DNA of 64,000 nt from Octopus vulgaris (GCA_951406725.2 OX597820.1:41416001-41480000); one strand, 5' to 3'. Shown: positions 14,225 through 29,120, counted from the stretch's first letter. Notes: generated by a model not told the origin, from the sequence alone. Numbers and translations are program-made.

Positions 14225-15149
14225 ATGACTGAAGCGAGCAATGGGAAAAAGAGGGAGCATGAGAGAGTGAGTGTGTATGGAGGGACTAGAGATAGAAGAG
14301 GGACGGCAGATGGATAGAGAAAGGAGGGAAACATGATGAAATACGGATTAGTTGAAGAAACGTCAGTTAATGCATGAATAAAATCGTGTTCAAGTGGCGA
14401 CTCACTTTACAACGATATATGTACGCACACAGAAGCTTATACATACACATAATCACCCTCTCATAGAGAGAGAATGAGATAGAGAGAGAGAGAGGGGGGG
14501 AGAGAGAATGAAAGAAAGGAAGTGAGATTACATCTAAAAGCTGCTTCATCTATATTTATCTTTTGTGAATGTAGTCTTGATCAGGAGTTGATGCGTCAGA
14601 TGCCGTACAACATTCATTGGGTATTTCGCCTAAATTCAGCGCGTAGTCAGAGAGGGCCAAATCACTGGTCAGCTTCTCCTCCGCATTTCCAACTTATCCC
14701 TTCTCTTTTTTTTTTTATTACTAACAAAAGACTCTCTCACTGGCATACCCATCCTATGAGCAGGTGTCTGTGGCACTTTTGAAAAAAATTCTAATATCTG
14801 TGAGCATTCTGTTAATACAGATTGGGTAAGGAATCTTCTGCAGACGACATCGATTGGAAGTAACCATGTCTGTCATTCTTTCTTCATGCAGCTTTGCAAA
14901 AAGCTTGATCCCAATTTTCTTTCCTTGAGAACGCTCGATCTAGGTGAACTTCTCTGCTTCAAACCACAACATCCAATCCAGCCTCGGAATTTTCTGGATG
15001 ACCCACGTAACTGCAACAGTCCGTTAGATCTACCTCCATATCTCCTTTAGTGTATTGATTGTTGTCCTTGCCGTGGTTGACAGTTTTTCTCTCCTGTCAC
15101 GAATTTAATTGCTAGTATTGGTTCCCGTTATATTCGCGTTTCCTGAGAT

Positions 15150-15410
15150 TCACCTGCTCCAGGATGTTAGCAAGTAACGGGAACACATTGTCATGTAAAT
15201 ATCAATATTTTCATTGTGCACATACTGCTTCGTACTCTGACAAATATATGTATTAATCGTTTTCGTGAACGAATTTACGTCTACTTCATGGAGATCTTCA
15301 AATACTTTGACAAGACATCGAAGATCAATTGCACTTGGAACAAAGACGCTTTGCACTTTCTGGATCTAACACTAGATAGAGAGGATGATGATTTGGCAAT
15401 AAACAGAGGT
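15150..15410 (+). pseudogene. Degenerate Penelope-like reverse transcriptase fragment (C-terminal RT motifs)
   Basis: ORF 15216-15434 reads YFMEIFKYFDKTSKINCTWNKDALHFLDLTLDREDDDLAIN, matching the PLE RT pattern F..LN....KFT.......L.FLD+.+; catalytic YxDD not recognisable. Confidence 0.5.
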
Positions 15411-15549
15411 AACCAGTACCAAGCACTTATATAGCTTTCAATGCTAAAGTATGGTGTAAGCTCTTTGAGAGTTCCCTAAAACATGCATACGCATAAGCAA
15501 GTATATGTGCAGACGGACATGTTCATTTATGTGTACACACACGAGCGCG

Positions 15550-15588
<39 letters not shown>

Positions 15589-16073
15589 CACACATGTATA
15601 TATAAAAAGAGCATACATTGTATGCGCCAGATGCAAATTAGCCGGAATGATGTGTCCTTTTGTACAGGTGAGATTACAGAAAATCTTCTACAGGTGGTGG
15701 ACTGTTAAAATGTGTGTAACTTGGAAGAGATGTGGAAGTATGATAGTTGCGGGACATTGTAATGGCAAAGGTTGACAGGGGTTGTAAGTATTTACATGAG
15801 ACATAGCTGTATGTCAAATACCTTTAAATGTGTAATATTATGTGTCTATATTTTGATAAGGAAGTTCCGCATCATTGCTGGAAACTACACACACTCATTC
15901 ATACATACATACATACATACATACATACATACATACATACATACATACATACATACATAATACATACATACATACATACATACATACATACATGAATTTA
16001 TGTATGTATATATATATATATATAATATATATATAATATAATATATATATGAATACATACGTGCATACATACC

Positions 16074-16112
<39 letters not shown>

Positions 16113-17225
16113 ATGTGTATATACATATTCATACATACGTGCATACATACCTATATATATATATACACGTATGTGTATATACATATTCATACATACAAGC
16201 ATACATACATATATACATACATACATAAATATTGATAGGTACAGTGAGTGACAGAGTGACAAAAGAACAGAATTAGAGTGGGAGGAAGAACAATGATATG
16301 GAGAAATGAACTTTCCTCGGTATCCACAATAAAAGTGACAACCTCACCCTATGGAAATAAGTTGTTGCGAAGTTGGTGAGAGTTTCGATGTGAAATATTA
16401 AGGTACTTTATCTTTTGGCCTATCAACTCACTTGTCCTCTCAGTTTAAATCCCCTTCCATATGTTTCTGGGAAAGCATTTTGTTTTATTTTACATTCCTT
16501 TTAATCACTAATTTCTGAAAAACATTTAGCAGGGTACCTACAACAGCCTTACGCACAATTTACTGAGAGGTTTCTCTACAGTCCATTTCGAGCTAAAGCA
16601 TTGATTCTCACCTCCATTGATTCTAACGCGATAGTCAAGAATGAAAAATTTTTCTAATTTTGACATTTGTAGATTTTATTTTTTTATTTGTTTGTTTTTT
16701 TTTTCCTTTTGATATTGCTGGCTTTCTGGTGATATTCGATCTTGGAACCAAAATAATCTAAAGGCACCTTGTTTCCCCTCATTAACCCCTGGAACAATAT
16801 TTGCGAAGGAATGCCCTTGGAAATATGTATATTTGCGGGGATCAATTCTTTCTCAAACGTATTAGTTCGATAAAAAGAAATTACTTCCCCTGAAAACTGA
16901 AAAACAAGTTGGTAAACGCTGTTTAACGAATAATGTCCGTATCACGCCCATTAATATGATTATTGATTACTAGTATTGATTATCGATTTCTAACAAGGCC
17001 ACATATTATGCTATAGTCACTAATTGACTTGACTCTAGTAGTTCACTATTACCTTTTTTTTTTCACCGTTCATAGAAGGATGAAAAGTAACATCGACCTT
17101 AGAGAGATTTGATCTAAGAACATAGTTCTGAGAGCTAAACACGGCGAAGTGATTAAATTCATTACTCTACTTCTGATAATCATTACACATTTATTTCTAT
17201 AATAACAATAATCATCATCATCATC

Positions 17226-17311
<86 letters not shown>

Positions 17312-17327
17312 GATGATGATGATGATG

Positions 17328-17413
<86 letters not shown>

Positions 17414-17417
17414 ATAA

Positions 17418-17885
17418 ATGAGAGAGCAGAGCATGCCACCAAAGTGACACTGTGGTAAAATATACGAAATCCAGTATACCCATCATGACTACCCGTCTGA
17501 TAACGGTACACCAAGCACATGCATCACAACCATATGTGCGCGACATGGAGATTTCATATCAAGATAAAACAGCACACGACCTTGCCGATGGGGTCCAGTT
17601 ACATTTTTCCTTCAGGTCAAGTAGCCCATCCCACTCAAATGGTCTTTGAATAAGGGTTGTTTAAGGATATTGAATGAAACACCCATGTTTCCAAAGGTGA
17701 ATTATCCAAACCTCTAAGAATTCCTTTCAACACATGGCTATGATGTTCTTCCACTACTTCTGCAAGTTACCAGTGATGCACATATCGTCAGCCACCAAAG
17801 GACGGGCTCAACTGGTTACAGTCAAACAACTGACAAGCAAATCTGTGGCATTGAGCAGAGTATATGCTATAGCCCATCTTTTATA
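17418..17885 (-). mobile_element. Retroposon family G with (AAT)n tail, copy 1
   Basis: Reverse-complement similar to 48978-49424; the CTGCTCTCTC end abuts the (ATT)n array ending ~17412. Confidence 0.7.
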
Positions 17886-18021
17886 CTAAGAACAAAGCAA
17901 TGTACATGACATTTCTAAGCAGTTAAGACCAAAAGCCATGAGAGCCACTGCCTGGAACTGCATCAGCGCATTTGTCGTCGTTATCGTCATCATCATCATC
18001 GTCGTCGTCATGTTGTTGTTG

Positions 18022-18103
<82 letters not shown>

Positions 18104-18104
18104 C

Positions 18105-18320
18105 AAGGCTGCGAAATGGCAGAATTATTAGCACGCTGGGCAAAATGCTTAGTGACATTTCGTCCGTCCTTACTTTCTGAGTTCAAATTTCACTGTAGCC
18201 GACTTTGCCTTTCATTCTCTCGGGTTCGATAAATTAGGCACCAGTGAAACACTGGGGCTGGTGTAATCGGCTAGTCCCCTCCCTCACAATTTCAGGACTT
18301 GTGCCTATACTAGAAAGGAT
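18105..18320 (+). mobile_element. SINE family E
   Basis: GGCAGAATTATTAGCACGCTGGGCAAAATGCTTAG...TTCTGAGTTCAAATT...GACTTTGCCTTTCAT; same family as 39968-40203. Confidence 0.75.
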
Positions 18321-18327
18321 TCTTCTT

Positions 18328-18402
<75 letters not shown>

Positions 18403-18418
18403 GTTATTCTTCTTATTA

Positions 18419-18498
<80 letters not shown>

Positions 18499-18504
<6 letters not shown>

Positions 18505-18670
18505 TCCGCATCGTATTTGTTTTTTGTTTTTGTCCGCGGACAAGGTATCTCAGGAACCGCCCAATGGATTCGGATGAAACTTTCAGGGATGTTTGTCCTT
18601 GTGACTTGTATGAACCGATTAGATTTTATGATCGATCCAGTACAGGACAAAGATTCGGGATTATTTGTTA
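18499..18670 (+). mobile_element. Non-autonomous DNA element fragment (Crypton/Helentron-associated type)
   Basis: TTACCTCCGC start and TATCTCAGGAACC...TGGATTCGGATGAAACTTTCAGG motif resemble such elements; family assignment from memory. Confidence 0.35.
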
Positions 18671-18942
18671 TATTTACTTTACTTTATTTGAAGTATTATG
18701 ATCTTACGCTGACTTTCAAGTCTTCCTCTGATTATCTCCCTTAAAAGCACGCTCGTGGTTTCCACGTAAGTTATGGCAGCGTTGCTATTTCCAAAGTTTT
18801 ATTTTCGTTTCTCTATTTTTAATATCACGTGATCACGTGACCGACCAGACCATCAGATGTTGTTACACATCGCTGGTCACAATGCGATCGCATTGTTTTA
18901 GCCTTCGAATGACGCCACCCCGCTGGCTAAGCGAGCAGGCCA

Positions 18943-19006
<64 letters not shown>

Positions 19007-19328
19007 AGAGAACAACTTCGTATCGAAGTTTTGAAATAAATAGAAACATTAGAGTTTGGTATATTTTACAGTACCGAGATGAAGAAACAAAACAGAATAC
19101 GATAATTCAGAGGAAAATATAATAGAATAGAAACAGAAGAGAAGGCTAAGTGAGCTAGACAATACGACATGAATCATTGAAATATATAGGAAATCAAAAG
19201 CGCTGTTTCCTCCCCCCCCCCAAGCAAGTAGCGGTTAATTTAGCTACGGATTATTTAAATTACGAACAACCAGGTCAGTAGACAGTTTAAGCAGAGAGTA
19301 ATTTGATTACCAGTTAATCTAACACAAC

Positions 19329-19630
19329 TAGCGTTTCGGACACTCGACATTATAATCTGAAAGTTATTAGGACACTAGGCTATTAAGAAGTAACGGGTAA
19401 TTTGAACAGAAGGCAATTGGGACTCGAAGCAATTTTGGATTAGAGAACAATTTACATAATAGATACTTTGCTTTATAACAAGAACATATCATCAAAATCA
19501 GTGTCTTTCGTGCTGAGAACTTTAAGGCTGTTTTGTTTTCAAAATCCGTTATTCTTAACATCTATGACGACGTACAAAGTTATATTCTAAAGCTTATATA
19601 GTTTCAACAGCGATTGCTTAACAAATATAA
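19329..19630 (-). pseudogene. Degenerate Penelope-like GIY-YIG 3' relic
   Basis: Minus strand reads YISF-EYNFVRRH (frameshifted YIG..E..F..R), then FENKTALK...CYKAKYLLCKL; followed by CCGAAACGCTA hammerhead-like remnant. Confidence 0.35.
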
Positions 19631-19688
19631 GTAGAATTCTTGAACGTTTTCATGTTTTGTAAGCACAACCCATTTCCAAGTACACATA

Positions 19689-19738
<50 letters not shown>

Positions 19739-20385
19739 CTCTCTCTCTCTCTCTCTCTCTCCCCCTCTCTCTCTCATCCACACACACATATATATATGTA
19801 CATACATGCATATATTCATTCATACATATATACTTACACACATACATACGTATATATTTCATGTATATGTATGTGTCTCTATGTGTGTGTTGCTTAAATA
19901 TGTATAAATATATATATATATCCATATATATATACATGTATACATACATGCACACATGTACACCACACACGCACACAAACACACACATATTTAGTGACAT
20001 AAAATATTGACCTGTATATGATTACTTGATGATTTGGGTTAATAAACAATGATGTGTTGCATAAACCTATGGATGAGGCATATCTTAGACAGCTGTATGC
20101 GCGACGTTACGTCATAATAAACTATCCTAACAACACATTTTAGCGAAATTTTATAATCCATTCTTCCATGTTTATGCATATGAATATATATAAAGTTTTC
20201 ATCTATATATAAAGGGTATAATATTTATAGATATGAATATTATTTACTCTACTTTTCTTTAGTCTTAGCCTTCTCGTATGCAATCTTTGAACAGCTAGTT
20301 CTTATTCTATCTCTCTGAAAAAATATATATATGTATATACACATTTATTTACAAGGCGCTGACCCAGTCTGGACACAGTCTAACG

Positions 20386-20428
<43 letters not shown>

Positions 20429-20559
20429 CACATATATTTACATAAATACATACGCCATAAGCAATCACATCGTAGACATATAGACACACACACACAATTA
20501 CACACACACACACACATACACACACATGCACGCACAAATACACACGCATGTATAAATAC

Positions 20560-20712
20560 GAAGGGCTTCTTTTTATTTCTGCCAACCAAATCCGCTCACA
20601 AAGCTTTGGTTTACCCGGGTCTATAGAGGGAATACTCACCCAAGTTTCCCCACTGTGGGGCTGAAACTAAGACACCATGGTTGGAATGTAAGCTTCTTAC
20701 CACATGGCCATA
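20560..20712 (-). mobile_element. SINE family D, 5' half
   Basis: Similar to 44790-44945 in reverse complement. Confidence 0.65.
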
Positions 20713-21795
20713 GTGAAAGATAATTAGAGAAGAGAGATAAAGCAGGGGGGGGGTAACAATGAGACGCTCGGCTATCCACGAATTCTCAAGGTAAAGATGA
20801 AATAAATATGGAGGCTTTAATCTAGAATAGGGCTTTCTTTGAGGACTCGATTTTCCAGAATTGCTCCATCTACTACATGATGTTGTTAGCAAACAGCCAT
20901 AATGCTATTGCGAGAAAATGAAATTGTGAGCTAGTAAAGAAATTAGTATTAGCAAAATATATAAATGCTCAATATATGCATAAAAGTATATGCAAATTTC
21001 AGATGCAGGAAGCCTTTCATTCGAAATGGTACATATGAGCGAAAAAATATTTTAAAAATGAAACTACAAGAATCATGCGGTTACGCGAAATATAAAATGA
21101 AAGATAAATGAATTTTTCTGTTATATATTGAAAATACATACGAATTATTTAAATAGTGCAGCTATCGGTTTTTCCCTCGGGTTATAATTAATTTCATATA
21201 GACGGTATTCTATTTATTGGACACCAGACCAATAAATTGAAGTTTCTAATATTGCATCCTGTCGATAATTAAAAAGTATCGGTTTGACCTCAGTTTAAGG
21301 GTTTGTTTCTTCATAAAAAAAAGTGAATTTTTTTTCAAAAAACAACCGTATTTCTTAATGTCATTTAATTATGTAGGAGACATTAAAGCTACATAAATGA
21401 ATAGTGTTAGTTTAAAGAAATTATAGACAATTATAAACAAGCAATATATGAAATTATTTCTTCTTCTTTTTCTTCTTCTTCTTCTTCTCCTCCTCCTCCT
21501 CCTCCTCCCCCTTCTTCTTCTTCTTCTTCTTCTTCTTCTTCTTCTTCTTCTCCTTCTTCTCATAGACGTTGTAAACTGCGCCCTCATTTGTTATTTTTCC
21601 ATTTTTCCCTGTTATGACCACCCCCATCCATCAACCTTGTGGCAATAAAAGACATTATTATTGTTGTTATCATCCTCATTATTATTATCATTATTATTAT
21701 TATAATTATTATTATTGTTATTGTTATTATTATTATTATTGTTATCATCCTCATTATTATTATCATTATTATTATTATAATTATTATTATTGTTA

Positions 21796-21888
<93 letters not shown>

Positions 21889-22353
21889 GCCAGGGGAAAT
21901 TTGCACAATCGTTTGAGCGTCGGACAAATTGCTTTGTTGTACTTGTTCTGGCTATTTTGCGTTCTGATCTTAATACCTCTTCTCAAAATCGCTGGTTTTG
22001 GTACATCAATTACAAGCCATTGTTATTAATAATGATACGAATTTCAGTTCAAATTTCTCTGAGGTCAACCTTGCCTTTCATCCTTTTGAGGACAATAAAA
22101 TAAGCATCAGCCGAGCATTGGCTCGATGTAATCGACTATTCCCACCTTGCACACATAAATTTCAGGTCTTGCGCCAAATACATAGGAATACGCTAAGCAT
22201 GCGCCTTCAGATCGTGGAACGACACAGAAAGAATAATTGCTTTTGTTAGCCAGAATTTTCCAAGTTCTTGAAGCGGGGTTAATCAACTGCCCTCATTTTG
22301 TTAAATCTTGTTTTTGAATTTTCTTGACACATGCTTTTGTTACTCAATTTCAC

Positions 22354-22744
22354 CGTGGAGGCGCAATGGCCCAGTGGTTAGGGCAGCGGACTCGTGGTTG
22401 TAGGATCGCGGTTTCGATTCCCAGACCGGGCGTTGTGAGTGTTTATTGAGCGAAAACACCTAAAGCTCCACGAGGCTCCGGCAGGGATGGTGGTGATCCC
22501 TGCTGTACTCTTTCACCACAACTTTCTCTTACTTCCTGTTTCTGTTGTACCTGTATTTCAAAGGGCCGGCCTTGTCACTCTCTGTGTCACGCTGAATATC
22601 CCCGAGAACTACGTTAAGGGTACACGTGTCTGTGGAATGCTCAGCCACTTACACGTTAATTTCACGAGCAGGCTGTTCCGTTGATTCGGATCAACCGGAA
22701 CCCTCGTCGTCGTAACCGACGGAGTGCTTCTAAAAAAAAAAAAA
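22354..22744 (+). mobile_element. Full-length tRNA-derived SINE (family A) with poly(A) tail and 12-bp TSD
   Basis: A-box-like TGGCCCAGTGG, B-box-like GGTTTCGATTCC, poly(A) ~22732-22745, TSD ACTCAATTTCAC at 22342-22353 and 22745-22756. Confidence 0.9.
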
Positions 22745-22816
22745 ACTCAATTTCACACATATTTATGTAAACCTCTCATTTTAATGTATGTTGTCTTTTG
22801 TTCTGTCTCCCTTGCT

Positions 22817-23105
22817 GAGGGCGCATGACCAAGTGCTTAGGTTGTTGCACTCAGGATCGCAAGAACGTGGTTTGAATTCGGGGTCCGGGTTTGAGCCAGC
22901 AAAATATTTCATTTCATGCTGTTCTGCGATCACTTCAGTAACTGACGTGTAGTATCCATTTACTCGTTCAATCAACATTAATTTCATGGATGGAGTCAGC
23001 TAATGTACAGAACAAACATTCCATCACTATAAACAAATCATCTGTACAGCTGGTTCAGCAAAAATTTGCAGAAACGTCTTTCTAGAAATGAGAAAGACTA
23101 TCATC
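22817..23105 (+). mobile_element. tRNA-derived SINE (family C)
   Basis: tRNA-like head plus TTCTGCGATCACTTC...GCTAATGTAC...TCACTATAAACAAATCA body shared with 27722 and 47080 copies. Confidence 0.7.
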
Positions 23106-23700
23106 ATATACACCCCTCTCACATTCAAGCCCTTTTGGCTAATAAAGAAACAACACTTTTCATCGTTAACATCACCAAAACCATCACACCACCACTACCA
23201 CAACCCGAACAAAATGCTTAGAGGCATTTCTTCCAGTTTTACGTTCTGAGTTCAAATTCTGCCGTGGTCAGCTTTGATTTTCATATATATATATGATATA
23301 TATATATATATATTCAGCTGACTACTGAAGTAGGTCCCATATCTATCTATCCATCTACTAGTAGGGGGTGAGGCGATTAGTAGTGGTAATGTTACTAGTA
23401 GTGGTGGTGAAAATTCTAGAACTGCTTAGAAAGGAAACGAAAGTAAAGTTAAATGGTACTTCATATAAGCGTATGTCTTTCTGGAAGGACCTTGCAGTGG
23501 CACAGTTTAATGTCTCAAGAAGAATTGACAACAATGGTTCTACTCTGGTTCCAATGGCAATGCGAGATTTTACCTTGTTTATGTTTTCTCTTAAGACATT
23601 AGAATGGTATAAATGATAAAACTGATTTGGAGAATAAATTACAGCGGAGTGGGTTCACTGGGTGCTTATCTTCTAGCGTATGGCTATACTCTGTTAAATT

Positions 23701-24038
23701 TAGAGATGGTCAATTTTTTTTTTGCTGAATAAACAAGCGAACTATATATCCGTTCTTCACTCGTTTATTACTGTACTTATTTCATCTTATGTCCATTGTC
23801 TGGAAAAGTTTCGGCACATATCTGTAATGTCTTCGGCGACTCTTCTATCGACGTTTATCCTCCTAAACAGAACAGGTGCATACACATGGAAGGAAGAGTC
23901 GCTGAAGAGGTCACAAATGTGTGATTAAAGATTTTCAGACAATGGACATAAGATACAATAAGAACAATAATAAACGAGAGAAGAACGATTATATAATGCT
24001 TGTCTTTATTAAGCAAAAAAAGAATATGACCATCCCAT
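23701..24038. repeat. Imperfect inverted repeat, ~145-bp arms (23701-23846 / 23892-24038)
   Basis: GATGGTCA...CTCGTTTATTA...CTTATGTCCATTGTCTG...GCGACTCTTC mirrored by GAAGAGTCGC...CAGACAATGGACATAAG...TAATAAACGAG...TGACCATC. Confidence 0.85.
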
Positions 24039-24162
24039 AATATAACAATATATGTTTCAACATATGATTTCACATCAGGGATTTGCAAAACAAATTCATA
24101 AACGTTGATATATTCTGTTATTCTTTTGTTCGCTTCAGCTATGTCACTACGGTCTAGCTGTA

Positions 24163-24211
<49 letters not shown>

Positions 24212-24342
24212 GAAGGGTGAAATTAATTAATTTGGAATAATTATCAATAACACCAAATAGGTATGTGGTAAGGCAATTCGTTGCCAAACCCTTTATTGCT
24301 TATATATATATATATATATTCATACTACTGAAGTAGGTCCCA

Positions 24343-24438
<96 letters not shown>

Positions 24439-24599
24439 CAAGGGAAAGTCTTTTTCTCTATCTTCGTCTCTTATTTTTGAAAGTGTCTGTGTGTGCGCGT
24501 ACTTTTGTATATTTCTTTGTTCACGTGCATCTGTTATTGCATGCATGTATATGCAATGCAAAGCATTATACTCGAGCATGTGTGTGTGTGTCTATGTGC

Positions 24600-24640
<41 letters not shown>

Positions 24641-25413
24641 CATACATACATACATACATGCATACATACATACATGCATACATACAAACATACATACATA
24701 CATACATACATACATACAGTAAATAGATTTACGTTGTTTTCGGCAATGATCATTCCAGCTGTCTCTGAACATCTGAATTTCCCACTAATTGAGTCATCGT
24801 GTAAGTAGCTATCTATTCCACCGACACATGCACACTTAGTCCCCAGGCAGAATCAACTTTATACTGTACGTGACAAAGAGTCGTTTGAATAATAGATGCA
24901 TTCTAGCCAATGGGCCCCACCAAATGTTCCTACCTACCCAATTTCACCCACTAGTTTTATATTGGTATAACGCTATGGACAAACATACTTGTCTACGATC
25001 ACATGCAATGGAGTCGAACCCTAGATTTCTTGATTGCAAAACCACCCGACTCGGTTATTCAATCGATAGTAGAATCGTGAGTGAACTGCGTGTTTCTTAT
25101 TTAATTTCTTATTCAATTTTTTTTATCATGGTTATTGAGATATTTGTTCCTCATCTTTATGCTTTGCTATCAAATAACAGAGGGGCCAAATTCGGGTTTC
25201 ATCGTATTTCTGGGTTCGACATAAGATATGTATCAATGCCAATCAAGTACAGGGGTATAATTAATCGTCTTTGAAATAATGAGGTGGAGATTATCACGCA
25301 TCCGATGGACAACATCAGTAGCGAGTAAGAGGAGAGACACTGCAAGGCAGCCGCTATTTTCCATATAACCTTACCCACACCTACACCACAGACAATTAAA
25401 GTCAGCATCTATC

Positions 25414-25488
<75 letters not shown>

Positions 25489-25806
25489 GGTAACATATAA
25501 CAATATTGACCAAGGTTACCGTGGTCTTTTTCGTAGGCTTTTCTTCTCACGGATAAACCTTACTTGCTTTCCCCTTTACACCATACATCATAACACTGTG
25601 ATACACGATCCCTATTGATCGTATTTTTTTCCTCTTCCCTTTTTCTTCTTTTTTTTCCCTTTTACGATCCCTTTTGATCGAAAACATACGCCAACTTTTT
25701 TTTTGTTTCTTTTGTTTTTTCTTTTTTTTTCATCCCCCAAAAGAAAAGCTCTACCTTGTAACTTGACCCATCTGTGTGCAGCCCTGTGTGGCCAATAAAG
25801 AAACTT
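25489..25806 (+). mobile_element. Family F retroelement 3' end inserted in (TCTA)n
   Basis: Same 3' end as 12800-13047; (TCTA)n on both sides. Confidence 0.75.
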
Positions 25807-26488
25807 ATCTATCTATCTATCTATCTATCGTGTCAGCTAGCCATCCATAAGCTAGGGAAAAGGTACACTCAGCATGAGAAATATAACAGTTATATTTTAA
25901 TAGAATCGAGCAGTATATTAATAATTACTGCATATAACTGATTAGGTTCTTCACCATCGCTTTCTCACCCACTATTGCAATTGGAAATGTTGACGATTTT
26001 TCAGGCATGATGCCCGGCAGCTCATAAGCTTCTGTTATGCTAGAGATCCTGCGCCGAAACTGAAAATATTCCCTAGAATGCAGAGATGAAGAAGGGAAGC
26101 TTCACCGATGGGTCTATATCTAATGTCTTCTCTCGCATATTTATGCATACAATATTTTGCCTACATTATTTCTAACCTTGTGCCTGTACAGTTATATCTC
26201 ACTTTTGCCCCATAAAGAAATCAACATCACCACGAGTACAACAAACTACAACTGCAACTACAATTAATACTACTACTACTACTGCTCTTGTAGTAATAGT
26301 TTTATTTATTTATTTATATATAGCGTTATTAGATTAATCCGCAGGCTGGAATCAACATCCTGTGACTATAGGAAAATGAATCAATTTTTCGCTTGTCTCG
26401 AAGAAGTAGAATTTGATTTTTCTTCAAAACTATTAAACATTGGCCAATAGGAAAGGTAGCAGAAAACTAATAAGACGGAGAGGAAGTT

Positions 26489-26630
<142 letters not shown>

Positions 26631-27539
26631 AAGAAGTAGTAGTAGTAGTAGTTCAAGCTTCTACTAGCAGGAAATGAAGACGCAAGGAGTTAAAACTAAA
26701 AACGAAAATCATATGACGTTGATGGGGAGGATGGGGAATAAAGGAAGAGAAAAAGAAGAAGAAGAAGAAGAAGAAGAAGAAGAAGAAGAAGAAGAAGAAG
26801 AAGAAGAAGAAGAAGAGTGAGGGTAATGACGACGGTAATGAAAGCGACGTTTACAATAATGATGCTGACGATGATGATGATGATGATGGAGGGGATGGTG
26901 GTGGTTGAATATTTGTTGAAGCGAGAAGTCAGTTAAATTGATTGTTGGGTGTAGGTCGGTACGAGTCCAAAAACTATGGAGTAGTTTGACAGGCAAGTAA
27001 ACCTGTAGATTGCCTATATAGACAAATAGATAAGAGATTGTTTGGGAGATATTTGCAGGAATGTTCTTGTGTAGCTGAATATGTAGATTGACAGTTGAGA
27101 ATAGGAGAGAGCTGTTGATAAATGAATGATGGGTAGGAAAAAAAAAAAAGAATGTTATAGACTTGAAGAGAAGTGGATTCTTTAGAAATGTTGACGGTAA
27201 TATTCTGTAAGGAAGGCGGTTAAAATAAATCATATCTGGCTTGATAGTTTGCCAGATATATTGATGCATGTATATACTGACGATTATTTGACTGGCTGTT
27301 GGATTGTTTCATGATGCCAAAGCGTATTGCTTGTTGGCTAAGTCAAACTGATTCTCGCCCATCTGTCTTGTTGGCTGTTCGGTTATTTATTTATTATGAT
27401 AGATAGGTAAGAAAAAGGCAAACCTATACATGATAAATACGAGTAAAAAGATGTACAGAAGCAAACCTGTGTGACAAGGTGTGTGTTTCAAATATGTTTA
27501 CATCACATATCCATATCTATGTATGTTTAAGGTTATATT

Positions 27540-27583
<44 letters not shown>

Positions 27584-27721
27584 TATGTGTATGTCTGTGT
27601 GTAATATATTGAGATAAATACATCATATACATAAATATATATGTGTACATATATACATATATAATATACTTGCATATATATATATATACATACACACACA
27701 TATATATATGCGTACATATTT

Positions 27722-28013
27722 GAGAGCACATGGCCTAGAGGCTAGAGTGTTCCACTCACTTAGAGATTAGGGTGTTGCTGTAGCGATCGTGATTTCAATT
27801 CCCGGACCGAGTGGTACGTTGTGTTCTTGAGCAAAACACTTCATCTCGAGTTGTTCTGCGATCACTTCGACAGCTGCTGCGTCAACGTCGATTTGATGGA
27901 GTGAGTGAGCTAATGTGTGACACGAGCATTTGATCACTATAAGCAAATCATTTGTGCAGGTCGTTCGGCAAAAGCTGAATGCTCACACGTCATCTTCGAC
28001 GGGAGAATCCATC
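27722..28013 (+). mobile_element. tRNA-derived SINE (family C)
   Basis: Similar to 22817 and 47080 copies. Confidence 0.7.
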
Positions 28014-28941
28014 ACGCACACACACACACACATAATGATTATAGATTTTAGTCTGAACTTGAAGACGTCAAGAAATTACCGAAATGCAAGTTTTCTAGTG
28101 CTGTGGCTCACATTGAATATTCACCAAATATTGAGAGCTACGTTGAGTACTAATGTTTTTGGCTATCATACGTGTGGATAGGATAATCTTGCACCGTAAT
28201 GGTCAATCAGATTAACCTGCAAAATATCTGATTTCATGACCCACTTCGACCAATGAAAATCGCTGATCAAGTGTATTGCACGTTTTTTCCTTTCAACGCA
28301 TACTAACAGATCACGACTGTATCTTACGTGTTTGAAATTCTGAGTAATAATAAAATGAATCAATTACTGATTCTCAATAAATATAAACTACACACTTGTT
28401 TTGTTTGTAAACACGCACATACGCACAAACATAAACATACATACCTACCCATCCACAGACACATATACGCAAACACTTTAAAATATCTATTACAAAACCT
28501 CACTATGTATATTAAAAAAAAAAGAGAAAAAAAATTCTCTTCTTGAAATTATAACTTAGTACACTCAGTTTTTACTCGTAGAAAGATACTAGTAATTAAA
28601 TACCTTTATGATTTACCGACATTAATTATCTTTAGTGAATTTCAATCTCTTACACAGAGAATTCAGCCTTTAATTAATGTCTTACTACTTTATTAACTTA
28701 TTTACATTTCTTTATCAAAATGATTTTATTGTTCACGATTATGAATTACCTTTTCATACACCTTTTAGATTTGTCTTTCTTATTTATTCCCTACTCTTCT
28801 CATTAAAATCACCCCTTAAGCTGGTAGGATTATTACTGCGCCGGTCAAAATGCTGAATGGCATTTCCTCCGGTTTTACATTCCTAACACTGATCTCTAAA
28901 TATTACATTTTAAACACCTAGACAAATTTTAATTAAAATTA

Positions 28942-29120
28942 CCGTATTTTAACGTGTATAAGGAACCCTTTTTTGTCAAAAATTAAGCTAAAAAAATATG
29001 GGAGTTTCTTATACATGGATAATATTGTAATCCCTTACAAAACATTTTTCCCAAATTTTAAGCCTCCAAAAGTAGGGGGTTCCTTATACAGGAGGGTAAC
29101 TTAAACACGTTAAAATAAGG
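28942..29120. mobile_element. MITE, Tc1/mariner-pogo (Tigger-like) type
   Basis: TA|CCGTATTTTAACGTGTATAAG ... CTTAAACACGTTAAAATAAGG|TA: ~21-bp imperfect TIRs and TA target duplication. Confidence 0.8.

Noticed and set aside
22357-22430. tRNA gene-like sequence (also at 7452 and 44790)
   Set aside because: These are SINE heads continuing into SINE bodies and tails; no full cloverleaf.
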